Positions 18,401 through 26,992 of a stretch of DNA of 64,000 bases are shown here, piece by piece. The first letter of the stretch is position 1, and every line of letters starts with the position of its first letter. The position numbers and the translations under genes were made by a program. This DNA is from Nitrosopumilus sp. (lineage in GTDB: Archaea > Thermoproteota > Nitrososphaeria > Nitrososphaerales > Nitrosopumilaceae), in contig OY759726.1 in NCBI GenBank assembly GCA_963662625.1, forward strand, positions 640,001 to 704,000, written 5' to 3'. The notes under the pieces were generated by a model. The model did no database searches and was not told the origin of the DNA. It saw only the letters and a program-made list of their open reading frames with translations.

Positions 18401-19683
18401 GTGGCGCCCGTGCCCACCCCGTCGCCGTCAAACGTCAGGGTGAGCGTGTCGGTGCCGGAGCCGGCGACCGCGGTGATGCTCCTGTCATCCTGGTCGGCGG
18501 TGGTGCTGGTGTCGCCGTCGGCGTCTATCACCAGCGCGCCGAACGTGCCCGCGCCGGCCAGGACCCGCTCCTGGGACTTTATGGTTATCGTGTTGGGGCC
18601 CGAGACCACCATGTACTTGTCGTCCGTCTCGGCGCCTTCTGCCGGGTGGTCTGCGAGAGCCGGCCTCTGGCCGTCGGTCACTATCACGTTCAGCCGCGCG
18701 GCCGAGTCGTTCGCAGACGTCGCGTCGTCTGACACCACGCCTACGTTGAGGAGGCCCGTGGCCGAGACTTTCAACGCGGTGCCGGTCGCCAGCGTTAGCG
18801 TGGTGGTGCCGTTAAGATGGGTGGCGCCGTCGTTGGCAAGCGTCACTATCTTGCCGTCAATCCTGATGTTGGTATAGTCCTCAGCCGTATCGCTCGCGTC
18901 GGACAGGGTTTCGGACCATTTCACCTGGATCTTGTCGGTGCCCGTGACCGTGGCCGACACGACGTACGGGGCCTGGGCATCAATCAAATCCTGCTCGGGG
19001 ACCGCGGCCAGCTCGTTCGTGGCAAGGTCGGCCACGCCGCCGGAGATGGCTATAGTCCCACTGGCCCCGGTCGAGGCCGGGGTGCCGTAGAAGGTTATGG
19101 TGTGCGTGTCGGTGCCGGAGCCCGAGAGCTTCATGATGTTCCTGGGCAGGTCAGTGGCGCCCTCGACGCCCTGGTTTATCTCCAGGGTGGTATAGTCGGT
19201 AATCTTTGCGACCACCCTCTCGTCGTACTTTACGGTGACCTTGTTCGGGCCGGTGACCGCGGTACCCGCGGCGACGACGCTGGGCTTGACGCCGTCGGTC
19301 GCCACGACGGACTCGTTGGTGTACGTCTCGGTGGCGTCGTCAGCCAGGTTTATCTCGCCGACCAGCCTCACGAGCGGGGTTGCAGAGGCGTCGAACGCGT
19401 CGGCATTAGCTATGGTCAGGGTGGCGCTGAGGTTATTCGTAGCATTCTCAACGCCGGTGGTAGCGGCACCGTTGACCGTAAAGTCAGCAGTGTCACTTAT
19501 GTTATCTGCCACTGCGGCCGCAAAGGTGACTATCACGGTGGTCTTGCTGGTGTTGTCCGCGCCGCCGGTCACCGCGGACTTGAGGATGCTGTCGGGGGCC
19601 GTCTGCGCGAAGGACTCGCCTGCCAATGAGAAAGCGGACACCATTGACACCGCGAGTATCGCGAAGAGTACCGTGTTGTTCAT
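12424..19683 (-). CDS. Giant secreted protein, paralog B (2419 aa)
   Basis: Signal peptide MNNTVLFAILAVSMVSAFSLAGESFA. Same domain architecture as A. Confidence 0.93.
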   Translation of the reverse strand: MNNTVLFAILAVSMVSAFSLAGESFAQTAPDSILKSAVTGGADNTSKTTVIVTFAAAVADNISDTADFTVNGAATTGVENATNNLSATLTIANADAFDASATPLVRLVGEINLADDATETYTNESVVATDGVKPSVVAAGTAVTGPNKVTVKYDERVVAKITDYTTLEINQGVEGATDLPRNIMKLSGSGTDTHTITFYGTPASTGASGTIAISGGVADLATNELAAVPEQDLIDAQAPYVVSATVTGTDKIQVKWSETLSDASDTAEDYTNIRIDGKIVTLANDGATHLNGTTTLTLATGTALKVSATGLLNVGVVSDDATSANDSAARLNVIVTDGQRPALADHPAEGAETDDKYMVVSGPNTITIKSQERVLAGAGTFGALVIDADGDTSTTADQDDRSITAVAGSGTDTLTLTFDGDGVGTGATATVTVKDSLTDVAGNVHALLAGDPVPAQVTDVAVYDGQAPTLVSAGITTANKVTVTFSEAMGGGTITATTGGVLTNITDFLVTGQRTASTLTSAAAHSSIPNAYDITFGSNDDVPPLASAPADSTGTISVGKGVLDSKGNPIVARSGVAVDASQRPAVKSIEITGPDQVTVVFTESVTAVQGDFNDLRIDGSATARTLSGISPGNGPSATYTLTFGGDKVGTGATATIDISKSVVDGATPPNAIGKVDIDNQPVSDGQRPEVELSITGPNQLTAEFTEPVIARMADFDGLTIGPTTGGEARKITGFAGSGSTYTMAFNGDPVADDATGYVDISGKVADRPAGNKFVVRDGDGAATEPVAGKYADVPVGDGQAPALESISITGPNQVTAKFSEAVKEPDGGDLKSAFVAFRLSDGNFRNINDVTSEPSASIKLTFGGTGVPTGTSGTVNVTGGIEDTSGNAFQVPSPPGYVNYAVKAGQIPTVLSAKVTGPNQLTVEFSESVSTFPGDYTDLRIDGSPTARAVTNVSTIAAAVELTFDGDPVGTDAVATVDIAGPIDNASPRNTLKPLQDKAVEDGQPPRVTVSITGPNQLTAEFTEPVATELADFDGLMIAAGTDSSNNVLYEDEARKITGFAGSGSTYTMAFDGDAVGTDATAKIDIMAGISDTSRGQNAFAGFSADGTKTPQTEGKFAGVPVSDGQAPLVLRGEFADANSIKIVYSEGVTANAVTSYPDLVFGANDNRDPAGGQFTTATHQLLFTGDDVDRSTTGVINNVTGVKDLADIALEAGSIKVEAMGDPTLLSARITGSDRVTVTFSEPVTASAADFTGLVVGDAVDPRNVTGAAGSGTDTITLTFDGPKAPVGTSGQMDVSDSIADLIGNALSPKTGYMVAAGQVPVLVSAAVTGPNQITVAFSEGVTAGASAFANLQLFPGGPRSVTAVSGSGTDTITLTFDGPAVSTAATALLDVTTGIVDNDGTAFVAVTGYRAEAGQPPALSSVTMSSDNQTNASQATVGDTVTLGFTASEAISLPAVTIDGNAADSVYNLTGNQWTASRVMQQGDTDGRLAFTIDYSDMDGNDGTRATATTDGSSVFYSNVGLSPLHVSSAVTGPNSVTVTFTEPVTASAADFANMTLIPGGVRNVTGAASAGSSVTVTFGGAAVPAYATASVTVGSGITDADGNMFAGPLNVAAADGQAPSLPFVGLASSNDDPGFATVGDTVTLSFTASEPISDPIVSMNGSTVQASNASGNQWTAARTFTDAASLGASITFSVDYADDSMNQGVRVVSTTDGSAVSTGQCPPGQEPHPYTSQCITPLAGNVKVGLLLSDAEGFKLAGEETILTSAKAVTDFNQWLADQGRDWTLVAPYTDTKFDSATTLAQVQALRDEGTDVVLGVPFSSSVGYVMDYVNTNGMVLVSCCSEAPSLAQPDNVFRMSPTSVSHAPILAQHIVDSGKNSLVIIYRDDTWGAGLLDAVTASYQARGGSVIAQVAYDPGTTDFAETAAEAETAAAGLDDTSGVGVLFIGVEKLVGLSAAASTTDTLPSLTWFDAGQNANNQNIVTDATALAFATSTGMTSIHFKEQRTDKTVEVMEHVRENLGRDPTTYAYSAYDAVWVAGMAIDRAQSATGTDVLPHVPAVAASRTSGAIGPNTLDANGDLALSNYNLWAVQGGAWKDLGTVSTPSVQGTVFSDADGNGAKGALEAGIEADVTLFNGSTSYTSRSNAGGYYSFSAVAGGDWTVQVAMPATHVPSVGQSFFETVTVAAGATQTVDFALEPLSASNYATVTGTVFVDADGDGTRGSGEAGMAGYTMYAIDALSGQSVTATTGPDGTYAFDSIAPAPRLTLVQTGYFPPGHTLSTDAFYSYVTPERRAVETFDVGFYPVPQSERVSLSVTAYMDANANGIRDAGEAAFPGAQVQIYSYTINTIDAITTGDDGVATKTDLLPANWQAQAYPPAGYVATAPADPVTGVAGAYTAVDPAPGSSVTMLIGLAASP

Positions 19684-19684
19684 C

Positions 19685-19807
19685 CTAGATCATGCCCTCC
19701 ATAGTTCCTATGGGTGGCAGACTCTCAAAAATGCCCTCTGCTGGGGGCGTGCAACGCTTGCATTCCGCCACGGTACGTGGCACTAGTACATTGAATTCCG
19801 CTTTCAT
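19685..19807 (-). CDS. Leader ORF, 40 aa with CKRC motif, upstream of paralog B
   Basis: MKAEFNVLVPRTVAECKRCTPPAEGIFESLPPIGTMEGMI*. ATG about 25 nt below TTTTATATA, and TAG-G-ATG junction with B. Confidence 0.6.
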   Translation of the reverse strand: MKAEFNVLVPRTVAECKRCTPPAEGIFESLPPIGTMEGMI

Positions 19808-19831
19808 GTTAGACTTACGTATGGAATTGAG

Positions 19832-19840
19832 TATATAAAA
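19832..19840 (-). promoter_or_regulatory. TATA box for the paralog B transcript
   Basis: TTTTATATA, also present upstream of C (48984-48992). Confidence 0.65.
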
Positions 19841-19986
19841 GTAGTGTTAAAAATTGCGGCGGCCTGGGATCGGAATGCGGGTTTTTTCATCCTGTGCCAA
19901 ACACGGACAGCTTGCGCTCCCGGCAGATGCAGGAGGCTGCAGGGCCGGGCCGGGGATCTCGCCGCCACGTTCTGCCGGGCCTTCCA

Positions 19987-20118
19987 TAGTCAACGCACTG
20001 TCTACTCGTTCATTTTAGGCGTAATGGGTTCCTTTTCGAGCATGATGACGGGCATGAATTCTTCCACATGGTACGTGTTGGCGGCTCGCCGTTGGACGAT
20101 TTCATAATGCGCTGACTA
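19987..20118. mobile_element. 132-bp MITE, probably IS630-derived
   Basis: Terminal IRs TAGTCAACGCA / TGCGCTGACTA. Second copy at 49236-49368, and the end matches the IS630 end at 12110-12138. Confidence 0.7.
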
Positions 20119-20227
20119 CAGTTGCCGCGTCTTGGAACGCGGTGCCCGGGGGCCGCCTGCCCGTGCAACCCGCTCGGGGCCGCCCTCCAAATCCATATAT
20201 GATAACGGTTGCGAAATTTTGTAACTT

Positions 20228-21235
20228 ATGGACGCCCCCCCGATGGAAAGGCTTGACCCGTCTGGAATGCACAAGGTCTACGACAGGTGGCCCGACATAG
20301 CACGCGACGCGTACGACTCCGAGATGCCCCCCGCGGACTTTGACGACGTGGACCACATAGTGTTTTCGGGAATGGGCGGTTCCGGCACCGTGGGCGACCT
20401 GTTCTCGGCCGTCCTCTCCAGGACGGACGTGCACGTGACCGTCGTGAAGGGGTACCTGCTGCCAAAGACGGTCGACGACCGGACGCTGGTGGTCTGCACC
20501 AGCGTGTCGGGGGACACCGCGGAGACCCTGGCGGTGGCTGCGGAGGCAAGCAGGCTCGGCTGCAGGATGATCGGCTTTGCCTCGGGCGGCAGGCTGGAGC
20601 AGTTCTGCCGCGAGAACTCCGTGGAGTTCAGGAGGATCCGGGAGTTCCTGAACCCCCGCTCGTCGTTCCCGTCATACGTCTACTCCATGATAAGGGCGCT
20701 GGATCCGATCCTCCCCATGGGCGGGGGCGACGTGAAAGAGTCGCTGCGGAAGCTGTCCGGCCTTGGCGGCACGATAGGCTCCGCGCACGTCGGCCCCGAC
20801 AACCCGTCCTACGCGCTGGCGCGCTGGATGCGCGGGATCCCGCTGATCTACTACCCGTGGGGGCTGCAGGCCGCGGCCACCAGGTTCAAGAACTCCGTCC
20901 AGGAGAACATGAAGAGCCACGCGATGACCGAGGACGTGCTGGAGGCAAGCCACAACGGCATAGTGTCGTGGGAGAACAGGTCCCGGGTGGTCCCCGTGAT
21001 CATCAGCGGGGAGGACGACCACGCAAAGACCGGGGAGAGGTGGGGCATCCTCAGGGAGTTCTTTGCGCAGAGGGGGATCGACTTCATGGAGGTCAGCTCC
21101 GGCGGCGGAAACATACTCTCAAAGATCGTGGGCCTCATCTACCGGCTGGACTATGCCACCATCTACGGCGCCGTGCTGCGGGGCACCGATCCCTGCCCCG
21201 TCTCCCCCATCGACTTTGTCAAGGAGAGGGCGTAG
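20228..21235 (+). CDS. SIS-domain bifunctional phosphoglucose/phosphomannose isomerase-like protein
   Basis: GMGGSG, SVSGDTAET, ENMK and EASHN motifs. Confidence 0.85.
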   Translation: MDAPPMERLDPSGMHKVYDRWPDIARDAYDSEMPPADFDDVDHIVFSGMGGSGTVGDLFSAVLSRTDVHVTVVKGYLLPKTVDDRTLVVCTSVSGDTAETLAVAAEASRLGCRMIGFASGGRLEQFCRENSVEFRRIREFLNPRSSFPSYVYSMIRALDPILPMGGGDVKESLRKLSGLGGTIGSAHVGPDNPSYALARWMRGIPLIYYPWGLQAAATRFKNSVQENMKSHAMTEDVLEASHNGIVSWENRSRVVPVIISGEDDHAKTGERWGILREFFAQRGIDFMEVSSGGGNILSKIVGLIYRLDYATIYGAVLRGTDPCPVSPIDFVKERA

Positions 21236-21271
21236 GGGCCGGAAACGCGCCGGCGCGGGGGGCGCCCGCGG

Positions 21272-21721
21272 TCACGCCGGCGGCAGGCTCTTCCTGAAGC
21301 AGTCGCCCAGCCGCTTCTTGTACCGCACCTTCACCACGCCGCTGACCCTCCACTCGCACACAGTCTTCTTGCCGTCGCGGGAGGTGTGCGCCACCACCTC
21401 GATCCTGTCGCCCGGGTAGCCCCGCCACTCGGACCACTCCGAGAACCTCCCGTTGTACACGCACTCGCAGCCCTCGCTGCACCCGACCCGGCTCGACGCG
21501 TCGCGCTCGAGCCTCTTTACCACGAAGTTCTCAAAGTGCCTGACGAGTTCCTCGGTCTCCGGCTCCGTCGGGGTGGCGCAGTCGGACTGCTGGTCCTTTC
21601 CTGGCAGGTACAGGCGGGCGATCCTGAGGTCGTGCGGGTTTATCAGCCTCGCGTCATAGATCAGCTCGTAGCACTCCTGGCCGTCGCACGGGGGCATGTC
21701 TGTGTACTTGGCCGGCGGCAT
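21272..21721 (-). CDS. Cys-rich hypothetical protein
   Basis: 149-aa ORF with plausible composition and 8 Cys. Confidence 0.6.
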   Translation of the reverse strand: MPPAKYTDMPPCDGQECYELIYDARLINPHDLRIARLYLPGKDQQSDCATPTEPETEELVRHFENFVVKRLERDASSRVGCSEGCECVYNGRFSEWSEWRGYPGDRIEVVAHTSRDGKKTVCEWRVSGVVKVRYKKRLGDCFRKSLPPA

Positions 21722-21998
21722 TAAAAGAAGTTTCTAAAGGCTGCGGGGGCCCGGCTCCTGCCGCGGGGGCGCCGACCCGCGGCGCGGCTCCCCCGCACCG
21801 TCCCGGGGCTGGCCGCTTGCCCGGCGTCCCGCCCCGGCGCGTGCCGCCGCGGCGGCGCCGGATCCGCGCTCCCGCGGGCGCCCGTGCCGGGCCGCGTGCG
21901 GGAGCTGCCGGAAGGGGGCCGGGCGGCGGGCGGCACCCGCGGGGGGCGGCCGCGCCCCAGCTACGCTTTAAACCGGCAGCCGCCAAGGTAATCCAGGT

Positions 21999-23240
21999 TT
22001 GGCAAGAGACGACAGCCCGAGGACCCCGGGGCCCGTTGCGTGGGCGGTCTTCCTGTTCTCGATCGCCGTCGTGCTGGCCAGCTTCGTGTCGGTGTTCTTC
22101 CCGTCGCTGGTGCAGGTGTCAGTCGCCGTGGACATACCGGGCGTCGAGCAGGTCACGCCGGACCCGTTCGAGGCCGGCCCGTGGGCGGGCTGGGTGGCGG
22201 CCTCGTGGGCGGCCGTGTTCGGGACGTGGGCGCTGCACCGCATGCGGGCGCTTCCGGCGCCCGTGTCGCGGGGGCTGAGGGCGCTGTTCTCGTTCGAGGT
22301 GTCCAGGAGGGTCGCGCTAGCGTCGGTGGCCGCCCTGCTTGCGGCGTACGCGGCGGCCGCGGCCGGCGAGCTGGGGGAGGAGGAGGCCTACGAGGACTAT
22401 GCCGGGGTCAGGGAGAGGCTGGAGGGATGGTCCATAGGCCAGGCCGCCGGCTCGTTTGAGCCCCACGTCAGGTACCTCCTGCTGTCCGCGTCGATGGCGG
22501 TGTTCGGAAGCTACAAGGCGGCGCCGTTCCTCGCCAGCATCGCGCTGCTGCTGGTGACGTACCTCCTCACGGAGAGGATCACCGGCAAGCGGTTTGCCGG
22601 GATCGCGTCCATGGCGGTGCTGATGCAGAGCAGCGTGTTCCTGACGTACGACACCACGGTGTCGTACACGAACTTCTGGATACTGTTCTACATGGTGTCG
22701 CTGTACATGGCCTACAGGTTCTGGCCGCTGTCGCCCGTGGCGTACCTGGCTTCCCTTCCCGCAAAGGCGCTGACCGCGGCCTTCCTGCCGATGTCCATCG
22801 CGTTCATCCTGCAGTGCCGCATCCCCCGGGGGCGGAGGGTCGCCGCGGCGTCGGTCACCGCCGCGGCGGTGGCAGCCGTGGGCGCGGCGGCCGCCTTGGC
22901 CGGCGCCGCCTCCGGCGGGGAGGCTGGCGGGGAGGGGTACAGCGAGAGGGAGTTCTTGGCAGGGTTCGCGTCGTTTGCCTACCAGCTGCGGTTTGACTGG
23001 GCCGTCATGCTGTTCTGCGCCCCGCTGGTGGCGGGCCTGTTTGCGGCGTCCAGGAGCGGCGCGGGGCACGCGGAGTCGGTGATGCTGATGATCGCCGGGA
23101 TGCTCCTGATAGCGCCGATCCTCACCGGGTTCACGAACCAGACGAACCAGCCGTACAGGTTCGTGCCGCTGGCAGTGTTCTTCGCGATGGGCGTGGGGGT
23201 CATCCTCTCCAGGATGCCGGCCGGAGAAACGTCCAGATAG
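21999..23240 (+). CDS. Polytopic membrane protein (possible GT-C-like glycosyltransferase)
   Basis: Many TM segments with FEPHVRY and QPYRF loops. Confidence 0.75.
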   Translation: MARDDSPRTPGPVAWAVFLFSIAVVLASFVSVFFPSLVQVSVAVDIPGVEQVTPDPFEAGPWAGWVAASWAAVFGTWALHRMRALPAPVSRGLRALFSFEVSRRVALASVAALLAAYAAAAAGELGEEEAYEDYAGVRERLEGWSIGQAAGSFEPHVRYLLLSASMAVFGSYKAAPFLASIALLLVTYLLTERITGKRFAGIASMAVLMQSSVFLTYDTTVSYTNFWILFYMVSLYMAYRFWPLSPVAYLASLPAKALTAAFLPMSIAFILQCRIPRGRRVAAASVTAAAVAAVGAAAALAGAASGGEAGGEGYSEREFLAGFASFAYQLRFDWAVMLFCAPLVAGLFAASRSGAGHAESVMLMIAGMLLIAPILTGFTNQTNQPYRFVPLAVFFAMGVGVILSRMPAGETSR

Positions 23241-23670
23241 ACTCCAGCGTGTCCCCGGGGGCCGTCGGGTAGCCGTCGTGCGCGAACCTCACCAGGTGCG
23301 TGACCCCGCCGTCCAGGCTGTCGGACAGGTTCGTGCTGGCGACCAGCCCGTAGGAGTCGAAGGCCTGTACCTGCGCGCGGCGTATCACCTGGTAGTCGTC
23401 CCCGCCGATGCTGACGACGGGGTCGCTCCGGCGCGAGGCCTCAAAGTCCAGGAACGAGTCTAGGGCAGGGCCGTTTATGCTGGTGAACTTTGTGGACTCC
23501 GTGTACGCCACGAGCGCCCCCCCGGAGTCACGCAGCGTGCTCTGCACCAGGATGAACACCCCGTCGCCTATCTCCGTCTGGTACGCAAGCGCGCCCCCGG
23601 GCGGGAGGGCCGCAAGGCATGCCAGGGCAAGCGCGATCCCCGCGTACGGCAGCGCGGCGGCCCCGTTCAG
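23200..23670 (-). CDS. Hypothetical exported protein; probable CTG start coupled to the upstream stop
   Basis: Frame is open upstream of 23559 through a signal-like stretch (AGIALALACLAALPP) to a CTG overlapping the TGA of the ThiF gene. Confidence 0.6.
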   Translation of the reverse strand: MNGAAALPYAGIALALACLAALPPGGALAYQTEIGDGVFILVQSTLRDSGGALVAYTESTKFTSINGPALDSFLDFEASRRSDPVVSIGGDDYQVIRRAQVQAFDSYGLVASTNLSDSLDGGVTHLVRFAHDGYPTAPGDTLESIWTFLRPASWRG

Positions 23671-25004
23671 CCGGGCCGCGCCAGCCCCCTGCCCAGCAGC
23701 TCGTTGTAGAGGGACACCGCGTCGTCCCCGTCCTTCGGCCCCACCACCATGGCCGACCCCGTCTTCATGAAGCTGACCGACAGCTCGTCGGTGCGCAGCG
23801 ACAGCCCCAGGTCCCCCTGGTTCTCCACCAGGAAGCCCCTGTCCCTCGCGGCGCGGGTCACCCCCTGCACGTCGAGTTCAAACGTCCTGGCCGGCGTGAT
23901 GGAGAACGTCCTCCTGCCGCCGTTCCGCCCGCAGAGCTCCTCCAGGATCATCTCCTCTGCGGCGCCCTCCTCTGCGGCGCCCGTGCCGCACGCGGGGCAC
24001 TCGTCGGCCCTGGAGGTGCGGGTCGTGGCAAAGTCGAGGCTCTCGACGTCCACGTGGAGGATCCTCCCGGACAGGGCCGGTTTTTTTGCCAGCATCACCT
24101 TGACTGCCTCGGCTACCTCGACCCCCGCTACTATGGACAGCACCGCAGGGTGCACGCCCTCTATGCTGCACGTGGGCATCGAGCCCTCCTCGAGGGCCGG
24201 GAACACGCAGTGGTAGCACGCGCTGCTCCCGGGCACCACGGTGAAGGCCTGCCCGGACACGCCCACCGCGGCGCCCGTCACGAACGGGATGCCGAGCCCG
24301 ACGCACGCCTTGTTCAGCGCGTACCTCGCGTTGACGCTGTCAAGCGCGTCGATCACGACGTCGCAGCCCCCGACCACCTCGGGCGCGTTGCGCTCGTTGA
24401 CGGAGACGGCCAGCGGCTCGATCCTGCAGCCGGGGTTCAGCCGGGCCAGCTTCTTGGCGGCGACCTCGACCTTGACCTGCCCCACGTCGCCCTCGTCGAA
24501 CATGGTCTGCCTGGGCAGGTTGGACAGCTCGATCACGTCCCTGTCCACTATGCGCAGGGTCCCGACCCCCATCGCCGCGAGCCTGGTCGTGATGGGGTTG
24601 CCCAGCCCCCCTGTCCCGACCACGCACGCCCTGGAGTTCTTGAGCCTCAGCTGCCCGTTGTACCCGATCTCCTCCAGCATGACCTGCCTGGAGAACCTGT
24701 CAAGCTCCCTGTCCGACAGCTGGCCCGAGCCTCCGGCCACGGCGGGCAGGATGTACACCTCGTCGCCGTCCCGGAGCTCGGTGCCCATCCCGTCGGAGAA
24801 CTTTGCGTTCTTCCCGTTTACGTATATGTTGATGAGCGAGCGCGGGCTGCCGTCCGCCTCGAGCACGCGCCTCTTGAAGTCGTCTCCCATGGACTCGGAG
24901 ACCCTCGCGAACGCCTCTGCCAGCGACGCGCACTCCACCTTGGACCTTACCTCCCCTCCCCCCTGGTTGAGCACGGACGGGACCGTGAACGTGATCTCCG
25001 CCAC
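23667..25004 (-). CDS. MoaD/SAMP ubiquitin-like domain fused to a ThiF/MoeB (E1-like) adenylyltransferase
   Basis: N-terminal beta-grasp ending ILPAVAGG, then RFSRQ, GTGGLG, SNLPRQ and CxxC pairs. Confidence 0.92.
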   Translation of the reverse strand: MAEITFTVPSVLNQGGGEVRSKVECASLAEAFARVSESMGDDFKRRVLEADGSPRSLINIYVNGKNAKFSDGMGTELRDGDEVYILPAVAGGSGQLSDRELDRFSRQVMLEEIGYNGQLRLKNSRACVVGTGGLGNPITTRLAAMGVGTLRIVDRDVIELSNLPRQTMFDEGDVGQVKVEVAAKKLARLNPGCRIEPLAVSVNERNAPEVVGGCDVVIDALDSVNARYALNKACVGLGIPFVTGAAVGVSGQAFTVVPGSSACYHCVFPALEEGSMPTCSIEGVHPAVLSIVAGVEVAEAVKVMLAKKPALSGRILHVDVESLDFATTRTSRADECPACGTGAAEEGAAEEMILEELCGRNGGRRTFSITPARTFELDVQGVTRAARDRGFLVENQGDLGLSLRTDELSVSFMKTGSAMVVGPKDGDDAVSLYNELLGRGLARPG

Positions 25005-26219
25005 CTACTTTACCACCGCCGATATCTGCCCTACGTCCGCCCGCATCACCCTCGGCTTTGGGAGCACCTCCATGATGGACTCGGTCGCCTTGAGCCCGTT
25101 GCCGGTGACGTAGCACACCACCGTCTCGTCCCTGTCGACCATGCCCTGCTCCACCATCTTCCGCAGCACCCCCACGGACACGCCCCCGGCGGGCTCGGTG
25201 AATATGCCCTCGGTCCTTGCCAGCAGCCGTATCGCGTCGAGTATCTCCCCGTCGTCGGCCTCCCCGGCGTGCCCGCCGTACTGTTCCAGCCGCCGCAGCA
25301 CGTACCTGCCGTCCCCGGGATCGCCTATGGCCAGGCTCTTGGCCACCGTGTCCGGGCTCTCCACCGGGACCACCTCGGCGTCCTTCCTCTTGAACGCGTC
25401 GACCACCGGGGCGCAGCCGCGCGGCTGGGCCGCGGCCACGCGCATTCCGGAGACGTCGCCCAGGAGCGAGACCTGCTGCAGCTCCTCGAAGCCCTTGCAT
25501 ATGGCGTTGAGCATGGCGCCGCTCCCGACCGGGACCACCAGGCGGTCGGGCACCCCCCACCCGAGCTGCTCGGCCACCTCGTAGGCGAGCGTCTTGGACC
25601 CCTCGACGTAGTGCGAGCGCATGTTGATGTTCACGATGCCTATCCCCCTGCTGTCCCCGATCTGGGCCGCTATCCTGTTCGCGTCGTCGTACGTCCCGTC
25701 CACCGCGATGTAGTTCGCGCCGTACGACAGCGCCTGGGTGATCTTCGCCATCTCGAGGTTGCTGGGGGCAAACACGTGGCACGGGAAACCGCCCCTTGCC
25801 GCGTGCGCCGCCGTGGCCGACGCCAGGTTGCCCGTGGACGCGCAGCCCACCGCGGACAGCCCCAGCTCCCTTGCCTTGGATATGGCGACGCCGGCCGGCC
25901 TGTCCTTGAAGGAGAACGTCGGGTTCACCGAGTCGTTTTTGACGTAAAGGTTGTCAAGGCCCAGCTCCCTGCCCAGGTTCACCGCCCGGGTCAGGGGGGT
26001 CATCCCCGCGCCGATGCTGACGATGTTGGACCTGTCCTCCACAGGCAGGAGCTCAAAGTACCTCCAGTACGTCTGCTCGCGGCCCGCGAAGGTGTCGCGG
26101 GACAGCCGCGGGAAGTCATAGGCGACGTCCAGCGGCCCGAAGCACTCGTCGCACACGTACCTGAAGGCGGTCTCGTACCCCTTCCCGCACTCCCTGCACC
26201 GCAGCGACGTCCTTGCCAA
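25005..26219 (-). CDS. thrC: Threonine synthase
   Basis: N-terminal Zn ribbon, NPTFSFKDR, ASTGN, PVGSG, EPAG. Confidence 0.9.
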   Translation of the reverse strand: MARTSLRCRECGKGYETAFRYVCDECFGPLDVAYDFPRLSRDTFAGREQTYWRYFELLPVEDRSNIVSIGAGMTPLTRAVNLGRELGLDNLYVKNDSVNPTFSFKDRPAGVAISKARELGLSAVGCASTGNLASATAAHAARGGFPCHVFAPSNLEMAKITQALSYGANYIAVDGTYDDANRIAAQIGDSRGIGIVNINMRSHYVEGSKTLAYEVAEQLGWGVPDRLVVPVGSGAMLNAICKGFEELQQVSLLGDVSGMRVAAAQPRGCAPVVDAFKRKDAEVVPVESPDTVAKSLAIGDPGDGRYVLRRLEQYGGHAGEADDGEILDAIRLLARTEGIFTEPAGGVSVGVLRKMVEQGMVDRDETVVCYVTGNGLKATESIMEVLPKPRVMRADVGQISAVVK

Positions 26220-26622
26220 GATGATTAGCTCCCTGCGCGCAATAGATAAAAAATCCTAATATCAAGTTAAGCATTGCTTTATTTTTCCCGCCTAAAAATT
26301 CAGCAATAGTTGAGGCAAACCACTACGAATGGATCGTCTGGGGCCAGATACTTGAAAAAAATCACCAAAGGGCGGGGATTTTTGCAAATCTTTCATGCCC
26401 GGGCACGGCATTTGCCGGTTTTTGGCGGCAGGCGCCATTCCGGGGGCCGCGCGGGGACGCGTCCAGGGGGTGCCGCCTGCCTAGGCTCGCCCCGGAAGGG
26501 CCGCGGCGCGGTTCCGCCGCCGTCCGGGCAATCGTTCGGCCGTTGCTCGGATCCCGGAGGCGCGGGGCCTGCGCGGCCGCCCCGTTCCGGGATGCGCGGC
26601 CGCGTGCCCCCGGCCCCGGGCG

Positions 26623-26970
26623 TCACTCTGGCCCGGCGCGCCGGAACGCCAGGCTGTTGTGGAAGCATACGTCCTTGCCCAGGTGGCACGCGGGGCCGGA
26701 CGGGTCCACCAGGTATATGAGCGCGTCGGAGTCGCAGTCCACCAGGACCTCCCTCACCCTCTGGGTGTTGCCGGACTCTTCGCCCTTCATCCAGAGCTTT
26801 CCCCTCGAGCGGCTCCAGAACCACGAGTTGCCGGTCTTTCCGGTAAGCTCCAGCGACTCCCTGTTGGCGTACGCCAGGGTGAGCACGTCCCTCGTCTCGG
26901 CGTCCTGCACTATGACGGGCACCAGCCCGCCGCCCTTCTCAAAGTCGATCCCGTCGACCGGCACGTCCAT
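26623..26970 (-). CDS. hisI: Phosphoribosyl-AMP cyclohydrolase
   Basis: FWSRSR, KGEESGN, DCDSD, ACH...CF. Confidence 0.96.
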   Translation of the reverse strand: MDVPVDGIDFEKGGGLVPVIVQDAETRDVLTLAYANRESLELTGKTGNSWFWSRSRGKLWMKGEESGNTQRVREVLVDCDSDALIYLVDPSGPACHLGKDVCFHNSLAFRRAGPE

Positions 26971-26992
26971 GGCGTGTGGCGGGCCGCCGGGC

